Notes under the pieces: model-generated | What the model was told of the DNA's origin: nothing | What the model saw: the letters and a program-made list of their open reading frames with translations, nothing else | Databases searched by the model: none | Shown here: one piece after another, positions 45,695 through 54,492 of the stretch | Numbering within the stretch: the stretch's first letter is position 1 | Layout of the letters: each line of letters starts with the position of its first letter | Virus record (IMG/VR): IMGVR_UViG_3300040781_000350 | Source of the DNA: a virus | Taxonomy: Duplodnaviria; Heunggongvirae; Uroviricota; Caudoviricetes | Strand: one strand, 5' to 3' | Length of the DNA stretch: 64,000 nucleotides | Position numbers and translations under genes: made by a program

Positions 45695-45790
45695 ATGTGT
45701 ACAGCCAGATCGTGTCGTGAGCGAAATGCAGAGCCCGAGGGGTTGGCGAGAACTCCCTTGAGATATGGACCTGCTCCATCTCGGAAAAAA

Positions 45791-45806
45791 GGAACTGTGA
45801 TATAAT
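45791..45806 (+). promoter_or_regulatory. promoter-like element in plus-strand orientation (P2)
   Basis: GGAACTGTGATATAAT on the plus strand, followed by about 340 nt of GC-rich ORF-free sequence. Confidence 0.5.
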
Positions 45807-45809
45807 TGA

Positions 45810-46150
45810 TGTGCTCCACCTACCTGCCTAACAAGGATTGCCGGGATGGAAGGAGCAGAGATCTAGAGCTAGAGAGCAAACTACTCACCCTAGAGCGGAA
45901 AAGACCGGATGGGTTGCTAATGAAGAGTTTATAGGCCCCCACGCCTAGGCGGATCCAAACGGTCCAGCTATGCTTCTCTATAGAAATCCAGCTAAAAATG
46001 CTGGTAATGCGCCAGGTGCATAGGGAGTTAGAAGATTCTAACTTCAGGGTCGCCCGTCCGGATTCTCGCCCGGGTGAATTTACGCCCGTTTTGCCGCTCT
46101 GTAACTCGTTGAGAGGGTATGAGTTTACAGCCGATCCTGGCACGTAGTTC
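45810..46150 (+). ncRNA. candidate structured noncoding RNA (GC-rich, ORF-free) downstream of plus-strand promoter P2
   Basis: No ORF of 60 aa or more on either strand apart from compositionally implausible Ser/Leu/Arg-rich ones. Many short hairpins (CCAGCtaaaaatGCTGG, TTAGAAgaTTCTAA, CCTAGG palindrome, three CGCCCG repeats). GC content is far above the local mean. Its identity is unknown. Confidence 0.35.
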
Positions 46151-46151
46151 T

Positions 46152-46167
46152 GGAACCATGATATACT
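46152..46167 (+). promoter_or_regulatory. promoter-like element in plus-strand orientation (P3, degenerate -10)
   Basis: GGAACCATGATATACT on the plus strand, followed by an ORF-free AT-rich then purine-rich region. Confidence 0.4.
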
Positions 46168-46385
46168 AGTGTTTTAATTTAACAGTGAGATAGCAGCCAT
46201 GTAATAGATACACATAATAATATACGTAGACGTGCATATGAAGCGCTATATATGAAGCGCTTAGGGCTCTCCGAGAGCCACGTAAGGATATATACGTGGG
46301 GTAATAATAAATGCCCGGGATAGCCAGGACGAATCTGCTATTGCAAGCGGGCTCAACTTGTGCGTATAGCTAGAAAGGAACACCT

Positions 46386-46490
46386 GCGCGGGAGATCGCG
46401 AGAGAAAGTGCGGGAGAGATAGCGCGCAGTGCGATAAGAGAGCGAGCGCGGGTGGGAGGGAGAAAATTTGAGCGGGAGACCTAACCAAAT
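46386..46490 (+). repeat. purine-rich degenerate repeats (GCGGGAGA motif about 5 times)
   Basis: gcgcgggagatcgcgagagaaagtgcgggagagatagcgcgcagtgcgataagagagcgagcgcgggtgggagggagaaaatttgagcgggagacc has a strongly GA-rich plus strand. Confidence 0.6.
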
Positions 46491-46735
46491 ACCCGCTTAG
46501 ATTCTATCATTTCCGTGCCCTCATATACCTCTCCTCACATAACCCTCTTGACTTTTCATACCTTGCTTAGCCTCTCCTCTAGGCTATTGCTCACATCAAC
46601 AACAACCCTGCATCCATCATTAGTAGATATTACATTCACACTTATATGTTCATCCTCTATCTCCACACCATGATTTTTCATCATGCTCTTTACCCTCTCT
46701 TTTATACCGCTTTTAAAATTATCATCTACCATTTT

Positions 46736-46810
46736 ATTACTCTTTCTATTAGTATTGTTATTGATGTTACTATTTCTAATATTACTCTTTCTATTGTTAT
46801 TAGTATTGTT
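46736..46810. repeat. iteron-like direct repeats in AT-rich DNA
   Basis: attactctttctattagtattgtt at 46736-46759 recurs as attactctttctattgttattagtattgtt at 46781-46810. A related ttactatttctaat lies between them. Confidence 0.55.
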
Positions 46811-46946
46811 GTTATTAATACCCTGCGGGTGGGCTCATTTCCTTCACTGGTGAGATATCGGGCTGTATACTAATGCCATTCCAGTTCCAAAAATACTTCC
46901 ACACATCTTTCTCTTTTCTACACCATATCAATACCATAATTATACT

Positions 46947-47156
46947 TCAGTTCCTTTTTGTATACACCATCCACACACCATCTCTTTTACTCAATGAAAC
47001 ACATTCAAACAACATCTTACCATTCACAATTTCATATGGTACGCCAGCTACAATAAGTATTGCACATACTTCATCCTCAGTCAAGTCACAAACATATTCC
47101 TTTTTACATGCTTGTTCACACATATTTAAAATGCTTTTAATATCATCAATCTTCAT
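46947..47156 (-). CDS. hypothetical protein (69 aa)
   Basis: First minus-strand gene after the 1.3 kb noncoding region. Confidence 0.4.
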   Translation of the reverse strand: MKIDDIKSILNMCEQACKKEYVCDLTEDEVCAILIVAGVPYEIVNGKMLFECVSLSKRDGVWMVYTKRN

Positions 47157-47160
47157 TATA

Positions 47161-47574
47161 TTACCCAGATAATCTTTTTGTTTTAATTAAACCATTTGTA
47201 TCTCTATAAACCATGAACCGGTGTGTTACAACAATACCAAATCTCACACTATTATACACTCTATATGATCCACACTTAGTCTGTGTGAAATCAAATTCAG
47301 CAATTGCATGCTTTGGTACAATAATTAGTCTCTTGTTATCATCTCTATAATGGTATTCATCTGTGTATTCCACCACATGCTCTGATTTTGGATTACATAA
47401 CCCCCAGTGACGCAAGTTACCTATGAATACATTTTGTGTTTGTATCCAGTGGTCTTGACCAATAATCTTAATCTTTACAGTCAGCTTGTGTACATCTTTA
47501 CGCTGAACTTCATAGAACCTGTGTTTAAAAAATTGTTTGATCTTATTCATCCACCGGAACATAATATGTTTCAA
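47161..47574 (-). CDS. hypothetical protein (up to 137 aa)
   Basis: Start is either 47574 (31-nt overlap with the upstream gene) or MNKIKQ at 47553. Confidence 0.45.
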   Translation of the reverse strand: MKHIMFRWMNKIKQFFKHRFYEVQRKDVHKLTVKIKIIGQDHWIQTQNVFIGNLRHWGLCNPKSEHVVEYTDEYHYRDDNKRLIIVPKHAIAEFDFTQTKCGSYRVYNSVRFGIVVTHRFMVYRDTNGLIKTKRLSG

Positions 47575-47860
47575 CTACTGTGCGGGTGCGCTGCTCTACC
47601 ACCTTGGCACCATCCAATATTTCGCACGGCATAACACAATCATACCAATCATTATCACCATCTGCATGTACCTGGTAAAAGCTCACGAACACATCACATA
47701 ACTTAGCAACCTTTGGTGTGATTGAATACCATCTATGATTATCTGTCTCACCATTAGTCACTGATTCAGTTTCAAACATCAGCATAGATGCTAGACCCTC
47801 ATCACTACACACTTCATTTTCTAATTCAAAATGTTTCTTTATCAGTTCTCTTATATTCAT
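47543..47860 (-). CDS. hypothetical protein (105 aa)
   Basis: Start at MNIRELIKK. Promoter element at 47862-47885. Confidence 0.45.
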   Translation of the reverse strand: MNIRELIKKHFELENEVCSDEGLASMLMFETESVTNGETDNHRWYSITPKVAKLCDVFVSFYQVHADGDNDWYDCVMPCEILDGAKVVEQRTRTVVETYYVPVDE

Positions 47861-48069
47861 AATTGTATTATACCTCTGTTCCTTTTTCCTCAATATGCTT
47901 CTTCACTATCCACAGATCATCACCTATTTGTCTTAACCATTAACTCTTATGTGCTTACTATTATTTTCCAGTATTTCTACCATGTATCTTCATTACTTCG
48001 CGGAAGCTCCTCTGTCTAATTCTCTTGTTCTACTATACTCTCTCATGGAACCCCTGGTGGGAACAGCTA

Positions 48070-48285
48070 TTATTCATCAACCCATAGCAAAATATCGATG
48101 ATACACATGATACACACATAAAACCAAATAATAATATATATCCAACCTTCTACTAAATTAATAGTAGGATCATCTGAGATGAAGTCAGGTTTTGAATAAC
48201 ATAACAATACCATTACAGCAAGTGTATAAAGAATATTAGTTTTCATAATTAACCTAACGTACAACTTAACCCGATAAGGAACCAT
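48070..48285 (-). CDS. small membrane protein (71 aa)
   Basis: Two transmembrane helices. Confidence 0.4.
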   Translation of the reverse strand: MVPYRVKLYVRLIMKTNILYTLAVMVLLCYSKPDFISDDPTINLVEGWIYIIIWFYVCIMCIIDILLWVDE

Positions 48286-48434
48286 CCGATAATACCTAAC
48301 ATATACACTGTCCCAGCAGCGCTATCATCTGCATCGCTCAGTGGTTTTTTATCAAGCAATGATGATAATGAGATTGTAACATGAAATGTTAGTGCCCAAA
48401 TCAGAAGGGGTATAAAATTGATTATATCCATCAC
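48249..48434 (-). CDS. small membrane protein (61 aa)
   Basis: Two transmembrane helices. Promoter element at 48436-48455. Confidence 0.4.
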   Translation of the reverse strand: MMDIINFIPLLIWALTFHVTISLSSLLDKKPLSDADDSAAGTVYMLGIIGWFLIGLSCTLG

Positions 48435-48520
48435 TTATTATAAGGTTGTTCCTTCTTACATTCACTTGCTGGTACTACTTTTCTGAATCTCTACATATAA
48501 TATATATGCTACAATTTCGT

Positions 48521-49018
48521 TCATAGTGTTGGGAGCTCCCATCCATCCTCGTTCATGATGTCGGCGGCTTCTTTGGCACCGGCTTGTGAGGTGAATAATG
48601 ATGTAAGATCTTGTGAAAGAATATGGGGACCAGCACACCGGAGGCGGTGGCGGGAATCGAACCAGATGGAATACCGAGAGTAAGTTGCTTCATGCTTCGC
48701 ATTCATCTCCATAGCCAGCGAGTAGTATCGCTGGTAGAAGGTGAAGAACTTGGAAGCTTGTTCGGCAGCATTTCGGGTTGGGAAGGTTCTACCAGCTCTT
48801 GGGTGATGAGGGCGGTCGCCAGCACTGTGACAGATCCAACCATTATAGGTAACTGTATACATACCACCTTTCGGATCCCATGGTGTGACCGGATCAGGTG
48901 TTTCTTTAATAATCCTGTTAATTTGAGCTTTAACTGAAGCAATACGTTCAGTCTGACGAGCAGACTCTTTTGTAAGTTCACCTAGCTGTTCTAATAGTAC
49001 TTTCATTTCATCTTTCAT
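48521..49018 (-). CDS. hypothetical protein (165 aa), GC-rich gene
   Basis: ORF with noticeably higher GC than its surroundings. Confidence 0.45.
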   Translation of the reverse strand: MKDEMKVLLEQLGELTKESARQTERIASVKAQINRIIKETPDPVTPWDPKGGMYTVTYNGWICHSAGDRPHHPRAGRTFPTRNAAEQASKFFTFYQRYYSLAMEMNAKHEATYSRYSIWFDSRHRLRCAGPHILSQDLTSLFTSQAGAKEAADIMNEDGWELPTL

Positions 49019-49020
49019 AA

Positions 49021-49227
49021 TTAATAATTCCTTTCACAACCATTAAAGATTATATTGTTACAATCTTGGTTTTCATGCTCTACTTGATTGTATGCATAGT
49101 GTTCTTCATCACCATTTTTGTATTGAGCCTCTATTGAGACACTCATTTCTGTCCCATCATCATACTCGACCGTGAAATGATATGAATATTCATCTTCTCT
49201 ATTTTTCATCTTGTGTAAAATATACAA
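49021..49227 (-). CDS. hypothetical protein (68 aa)
   Basis: ORF. Confidence 0.4.
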   Translation of the reverse strand: MYILHKMKNREDEYSYHFTVEYDDGTEMSVSIEAQYKNGDEEHYAYNQVEHENQDCNNIIFNGCERNY

Positions 49228-49459
49228 ATTCTGTTATTGGTTTATTGGTATCCTCATCAATTATTAATATCCAATCACCTAAACCTTGCTCGAAATGTTC
49301 GTTTTTAATTTCATTACGGATATATTCATCCATTGCTACTGTATACATTATAACAGCAATAACCATAATCGGAAGCGATCCCATCTGTGTGCTTTCTGCA
49401 CCAGCACATGCTAAGATAACAAAGAATATCATACTAAAAATAAAAAGAAATAACATCAT
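49199..49459 (-). CDS. small membrane protein (86 aa)
   Basis: N-terminal transmembrane helices. Promoter element at 49462-49482. Confidence 0.4.
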   Translation of the reverse strand: MMLFLFIFSMIFFVILACAGAESTQMGSLPIMVIAVIMYTVAMDEYIRNEIKNEHFEQGLGDWILIIDEDTNKPITEFVYFTQDEK

Positions 49460-49466
49460 AACAACA

Positions 49467-49814
49467 TTATATTAAGGTTCCTGTATGATCGCGGCGTTCA
49501 TAAATGATAATACCTGCTCTTGTAGCTTCTTTCATCATTGAAGCAGTACCCTTGCCTCCAGGAAATAAAACAACAGCATCAGCATATTGTGCCATTTCTC
49601 TATTACGAATAGGACCTGCAGCACGCCCATGCTTATCCCAATCAGCTTTGAATACTTTAATAGGTATACCCTTAGCCTGAGCGAATGCTTCACCACCACG
49701 ATCTGCTCCTGTTGCACCACCACTCACAACTTCAGTTATCAGGAGACTAGATAGGAATTTAACATCGTCATGATTAAGTTGATAATCTCTACCACCTGCA
49801 ATGATTGTTTTCAT
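49467..49814 (-). CDS. SLOG-superfamily (DUF2493/YspA-like) nucleotide-binding protein (putative)
   Basis: 115 aa. IIAGGRDY, VVSGGATGADRGGEAFA and LFPGGKGT are glycine-rich loops in the order seen in LOG/DprA/DUF2493 Rossmann-like proteins. Confidence 0.4.
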   Translation of the reverse strand: MKTIIAGGRDYQLNHDDVKFLSSLLITEVVSGGATGADRGGEAFAQAKGIPIKVFKADWDKHGRAAGPIRNREMAQYADAVVLFPGGKGTASMMKEATRAGIIIYERRDHTGTLI

Positions 49815-50446
49815 TTTCTATTACGGAATGACTCTTTGAGATCAAAACCAGCACTTTCGATCTTATCTTTATTAGTCATCTCAGGAATGTGTGGTTCATT
49901 TGCACCTAGAACTGATCCGATATCTTGAAAGATTTCCCATGTGGATGCAGGGCAACCAAGGTCTTTAAGCTGTGGGTTAAATTCAACATTACGTGCTTTA
50001 TATTGTCGTTCCCTACCCCAGAAGATCATTATAGGAGCATACTTCTGACATAGTGCGACTGCATTCTCGTTACGTTCCCCACTTACAAGCTTACTATAAT
50101 GTCTAGCTAGGTACTTTTGTTCCTTAACGGCTTTGTCAAAATAATCATATGGTGTTTTAAAGTCATACACAAACGGTTCACCAGCCACATTTGTGAATGG
50201 GTAAGCTTTACCTCCAATTAGAAGTATATTACATTCACCTTCATAATTAGATTTGGTTTTACTATTCCATTCCCATGTCAAAGGTCCCCATGTATATAGT
50301 TTATGAAACTTAAGTAGGTCGCTATATCTATTAGGATCACAGCTAATATCAAGAACTTGTCTTTTACGATTATACACAACCTTCTCATCTCTGTACTGAT
50401 GAGCAAAGTAGTCATAATAATCTTTAAATTTTGAATTGATAATCAT
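49811..50446 (-). CDS. hypothetical protein (211 aa)
   Basis: ATGA-coupled to the SLOG-like gene. Confidence 0.45.
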   Translation of the reverse strand: MIINSKFKDYYDYFAHQYRDEKVVYNRKRQVLDISCDPNRYSDLLKFHKLYTWGPLTWEWNSKTKSNYEGECNILLIGGKAYPFTNVAGEPFVYDFKTPYDYFDKAVKEQKYLARHYSKLVSGERNENAVALCQKYAPIMIFWGRERQYKARNVEFNPQLKDLGCPASTWEIFQDIGSVLGANEPHIPEMTNKDKIESAGFDLKESFRNRK

Positions 50447-50653
50447 TTAGTTTGAAATACTTCTAATAATCATTGCAAGAATCTCTGGTCGTTTTGTTAC
50501 GAGAGATCCTATTACTTTACGTTCTACCGCAAACTTATCATGCTGACCGCAAGGTAGTTCATCTGGTGCTTTGCGAAACATATAGCAGTAATCAGACCCT
50601 TCACCTTTACCTTGATGACGACACCCATCATAACTATTTGTTTCATTTTTCAT
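50447..50653 (-). CDS. hypothetical Cys-rich protein (68 aa)
   Basis: Promoter element at 50657-50677. Confidence 0.4.
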   Translation of the reverse strand: MKNETNSYDGCRHQGKGEGSDYCYMFRKAPDELPCGQHDKFAVERKVIGSLVTKRPEILAMIIRSISN

Positions 50654-50665
50654 ATAGTGATTATA

Positions 50666-50866
50666 TCATTGTTCCACTGCTTGGCGAATAGCTTGTCTAA
50701 ACACCCATTCATCACTAACTTCAGTACTATCGAGTGGTGGATAACTTATTGTACGTTGAATATAACCTTCTTCATTTACCCAACTGAGATGACCACATTT
50801 ATGTATATCAATCCGCCATGTTTCAAGATTCTCAGCTACCCATTTAATCATTTCACTATCTGTCAT
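50666..50866 (-). CDS. hypothetical protein (66 aa)
   Basis: Start at MTDSEMIKW. Promoter element at 50869-50889. Confidence 0.4.
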   Translation of the reverse strand: MTDSEMIKWVAENLETWRIDIHKCGHLSWVNEEGYIQRTISYPPLDSTEVSDEWVFRQAIRQAVEQ

Positions 50867-50966
50867 TACACTTATTATAATATTGTTCCTACACTGAATA
50901 TTCTTCACCTGATTTCACATCTTCAACATTCACCACATCTATTTGAACCTAGTATTACTTATATTG

Positions 50967-51446
50967 TTATGATAAAAGTAAACCAGCTTGATATTGGATT
51001 GCAGTTAAACTAGCAGTATCTGTATTACAATTAGCAATTTCGTCAATGAACTTACGATATTTTTCATTATCCTCAAGTTCTCTAAGCTTGATTCGAGCAA
51101 CTGTTCGATCTTTTCGTCCAGTCTGAACACCACTAAACCAATAATCATCAGCCTTTTCAAACAGTATAATAGCACCTGTTTTAGTTGACACATCTTCATT
51201 AATTACAGCATTCAGTAAATCTTCAATATCCGCAAGTGATTCAAATGAGAATTGATGCTTCTTAATGTATTCTTGTGCATCGAATTTAGCTCGTTGAGCT
51301 TTACCACATTCTTCTGCTGCAAGAGCAATTTCTTGTAGTGCATCGATCTCAGTATCACTATACTGCGACACATCGATCTCGATCGGTTTCTTCGTTACTG
51401 AATCAACAAGTGCTTTACAAATTAATTTACCATCTTTTATTTCCAT
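50967..51446 (-). CDS. hypothetical protein (159 aa)
   Basis: ORF. Confidence 0.45.
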   Translation of the reverse strand: MEIKDGKLICKALVDSVTKKPIEIDVSQYSDTEIDALQEIALAAEECGKAQRAKFDAQEYIKKHQFSFESLADIEDLLNAVINEDVSTKTGAIILFEKADDYWFSGVQTGRKDRTVARIKLRELEDNEKYRKFIDEIANCNTDTASLTAIQYQAGLLLS

Positions 51447-51450
51447 AATT

Positions 51451-51828
51451 TTACTTTCGTTTGATAGTCAGATATTTACAATCTTCATCATTAGGCATAC
51501 TATATACCAGATCATAATCATCAGCTCTCATGAGTTCCCAATCATATATATGCAGAGTGTGACCATTACTAGCAACAGCAGCAACTAAAAGATTCTTTAG
51601 ATGCTCTTTATCTGTTACAATTACATCTGGTATTGGTTCAATGCGTTCTTCTCCATAACGGTCTTTGAACACTTTTCGCATCCCTTTACCATCATGGTAC
51701 TCAACACAGGTACAGCTAACAATTACTTGGTGTGATACATAAAGATGGAAATCTTTTAATACGATATCTTTAATATCTTTTTGTTTACGTTCAGGTAACA
51801 AATCAGCTGTTGTTAATATTAAATTCAT
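51451..51828 (-). CDS. hypothetical protein (125 aa)
   Basis: Promoter element at 51834-51852. Confidence 0.45.
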   Translation of the reverse strand: MNLILTTADLLPERKQKDIKDIVLKDFHLYVSHQVIVSCTCVEYHDGKGMRKVFKDRYGEERIEPIPDVIVTDKEHLKNLLVAAVASNGHTLHIYDWELMRADDYDLVYSMPNDEDCKYLTIKRK

Positions 51829-51833
51829 AGTTG

Positions 51834-52250
51834 TTAGTTTATAAAAGTTCCATTATCACCCCATGTTGTAACCTGGTCTAAAAACGCTTTTGTTGCTTTA
51901 CTAATACTGTCGGAATACCGCAGTTGTTTCTGCAATTCTTGAGTAACGATTTTACTAAGCTGCTCACGAATACACTTACCCATATATTCCATGACTGTTG
52001 CTTCTGTTTCTCTAGCTGCATGTGGTATATCATCTACAAATATTTCACCACTAAACACATCTTCTTTTGTTCCAAGGATAAAATTACATCTATATTTGAA
52101 AGATGGTGTGTATTTAACACTATGACCTGTATATGCAACCCATTCACCTGATACAATTGACGATTCAAACTTGCGTGTGAACAGGATACGATCGGGTACA
52201 TCCTGTTCGATCTCTCTATACAGCTTATGATATTCGTAGACGTCTTTCAT
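51834..52250 (-). CDS. hypothetical protein (138 aa)
   Basis: Start at MKDVYEY, 1 nt after the upstream stop. The longer ORF-track version would overlap the upstream gene. Confidence 0.45.
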   Translation of the reverse strand: MKDVYEYHKLYREIEQDVPDRILFTRKFESSIVSGEWVAYTGHSVKYTPSFKYRCNFILGTKEDVFSGEIFVDDIPHAARETEATVMEYMGKCIREQLSKIVTQELQKQLRYSDSISKATKAFLDQVTTWGDNGTFIN

Positions 52251-52251
52251 T

Positions 52252-52644
52252 TTAATGTAAGTCATCAGGATGAATACCGAACAGCTCTGACATTGGGGCT
52301 CTGAGTGCATCTTTCAGCTCATTATATGCTGTTTTGTAATATTCAAGTTCGATTTCAGTAGATGTTTCTTCAACTTTAACATCATTGTATACATCTTGTG
52401 CGATCCTTTCAGCAATAGCGACAACACCCGGATCAGCATATGAAAGATCTCCGAAGCCGCTTACTGAATAGCCAATGAGCTGGGCAAATTGCATACGATC
52501 TTCTTGTGTGAAAGATTTGTATGCAATGTCGTTCATATCTATACCACCATTTGTAAGAATGTAGTCAACTATTTCGTTCGTTTTAAACCGTACAGTACCT
52601 GATTCAGTCTTGACGATTGGTTGCATTGGTTGTTTAGTATTCAT
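52252..52644 (-). CDS. hypothetical protein (130 aa)
   Basis: ORF. Confidence 0.45.
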   Translation of the reverse strand: MNTKQPMQPIVKTESGTVRFKTNEIVDYILTNGGIDMNDIAYKSFTQEDRMQFAQLIGYSVSGFGDLSYADPGVVAIAERIAQDVYNDVKVEETSTEIELEYYKTAYNELKDALRAPMSELFGIHPDDLH

Positions 52645-52647
52645 AAT

Positions 52648-52842
52648 TTATCTAATATTTGAAATATCACAGCATGCTCCACAAGCTGATTTAAATCGTA
52701 CCCATATCTTATCTTCGATTCCTTCTTTGATCGTCGAAACATGCCCAACTTCACAATCTGGATGACTTGCATCACCATTTGCATGATTTGGGATATAGGT
52801 CACCGGATCACCAACAGTATAGTCACTAGCTTTTTTGTTCAT
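52648..52842 (-). CDS. hypothetical protein (64 aa)
   Basis: ORF. Confidence 0.4.
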   Translation of the reverse strand: MNKKASDYTVGDPVTYIPNHANGDASHPDCEVGHVSTIKEGIEDKIWVRFKSACGACCDISNIR

Positions 52843-53105
52843 ATTTTACCCTGCTCTAAAATGTTTAACAATTGCAAGAATTTCTGGATCATCAGTTTCT
52901 TCTTTTGGAAAATCAACATTAGATGAACATAAAAAACTGTCAACATCTTTTAGTTCATCACTATCAACAAAAAGTTCATTGTATTCTTCTTTGTTGAAAC
53001 AGTATATCGATAATCACCCCACTCAATAACTAAACCATTTGGTTCAACTGTAGCCCATGCCATAGGATGATTTCTTGTTTTGTTAAGTTTTTGTTTTTTC
53101 ATAAT

Positions 53106-53885
53106 TTACAAATCCAAGTCCCAATATGTCACGACCAGGTAACCTTCACGTACCTTAGCAAGCACTATAGGATCATCTCGTCGCAGTGATTGTCGTTCAG
53201 CTTCTTGATTCAGCCAAGCACTATATGTAAGTTTTCTGCTACCTCTAGCATGAGACAGATCTTGCTTGAAAAGCTCTCGTGTACCTGCTACAAGTAATGA
53301 CCGTTTCGGTTCATCAACTTCTTGTTCAAGATAATCATCAAGATAAATTGAGCCAGGTATCAAACCTCTGAGTGCTGCTTCTGCATGAACTGATTCAAAT
53401 GACCTTGCAGTATCACCTTTCAGGAACTTACCACCAACTTTGTTAATGATGTTCTGGACGTGAGTATCCTCCATTGTAGCAATGAGATGATACACACCAT
53501 CTTTTGATCTCCAGTATCGTTCAGGTGATTTTTTATCTTCAATTGATGTAGTTGTATCATCTTCAATAAGAACAATTTTGTTTTGTCCAACAGTTTCGTT
53601 CATGAACTTGATAATATCACCAGCATTCTCTTGCGGTACAATACCGGTAAAGTTTTCAACCCCACTCCAGAACAGATCATGTTTGAAGCACAGAAACTCT
53701 ACCTGCTCTTCGGTAAGGAACGACAAGCCAATACGCCGATATGAGTCAGCAAATCGCTGCTCATTCTCAGTAAGCTCTGGTGTTACATTCTGTGTAAATC
53801 CAAAACTTGACAAATCATACTTCTTTGCATGAAGCTCTTCATGCTTATCAGATAGTGTTGTAAAGTCTTTGTGTATTGTATTCAT
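53106..53885 (-). CDS. hypothetical protein (259 aa)
   Basis: ORF. Confidence 0.5.
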   Translation of the reverse strand: MNTIHKDFTTLSDKHEELHAKKYDLSSFGFTQNVTPELTENEQRFADSYRRIGLSFLTEEQVEFLCFKHDLFWSGVENFTGIVPQENAGDIIKFMNETVGQNKIVLIEDDTTTSIEDKKSPERYWRSKDGVYHLIATMEDTHVQNIINKVGGKFLKGDTARSFESVHAEAALRGLIPGSIYLDDYLEQEVDEPKRSLLVAGTRELFKQDLSHARGSRKLTYSAWLNQEAERQSLRRDDPIVLAKVREGYLVVTYWDLDL

Positions 53886-53888
53886 AAA

Positions 53889-54410
53889 TTAGTTCTGTGT
53901 TGCAAGCTCAACATTTTTCTGAGCCTTGTAAAGATATTTTTCGAAGCCATGCTTTTCAGTACCATAAGCAGCCCATTCATACCGCTTACCATCAACGACT
54001 TTTTTGTCATCAACTTTGAGTACGTTCACAACACCAACTTGCTTTCCGCCTCGGAACAGCTCATACTCTCGCGTGTTATGCTTCTGCCATTCGATGGTGA
54101 GCGATTTTGATTGCTGTACATCTTCTTCATAGACTTCACCTGGCTTCAATTTACGTTTAAACGATGGTGCTGAAAGCTTACCATCGACTAATGTCATTGT
54201 TGACTTGTAATGCTTCTTAGCAAATTCTTTAAGCTGCTTGACGATTTCTTTGCGCGTCTTACCCTTAACAGCAAGTGTTAAACCTAACCCCTCACAATGC
54301 GGTTTTGCTAAAAGATTGGCATATGTTTCGGCACCTTCATCTGTCGATGTTTTAATGATGTGTGCCATCGATACTAAATACATTGCTTCTTCTCTGGTGA
54401 TGTTTTTCAT
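53889..54410 (-). CDS. hypothetical protein (173 aa), MKNIT N-terminus family
   Basis: Start at MKNITREEAMY. Promoter element at 54413-54432. Confidence 0.45.
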   Translation of the reverse strand: MKNITREEAMYLVSMAHIIKTSTDEGAETYANLLAKPHCEGLGLTLAVKGKTRKEIVKQLKEFAKKHYKSTMTLVDGKLSAPSFKRKLKPGEVYEEDVQQSKSLTIEWQKHNTREYELFRGGKQVGVVNVLKVDDKKVVDGKRYEWAAYGTEKHGFEKYLYKAQKNVELATQN

Positions 54411-54492
54411 ACTATGATTATATCGAGGTTCCTTCACCAGAAAAGCCTGCTACCGATTAAAGTAGCAGGCTTGAAAAATTATTCTGATCAGA

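Noticed and set aside
45820-46488. ORF-track CDS 45820..46143(-) and 46261..46488(-) inside the GC-rich noncoding region
   Set aside because: The translations are Ser/Leu/Arg/Pro-rich low-complexity strings of the kind random GC-rich DNA produces. They lack the promoter element and any start context, so they are treated as noncoding.
36726-54437. N-terminal extensions of many ORF-track proteins containing EPRYN / EPSYN / EPFYN / EPQYN / EPLYT before an internal Met
   Set aside because: These are the conserved promoter element (GGAACC-NN-GATATAAT) read in frame. The true starts are the Met immediately after, and the coordinates were adjusted accordingly.
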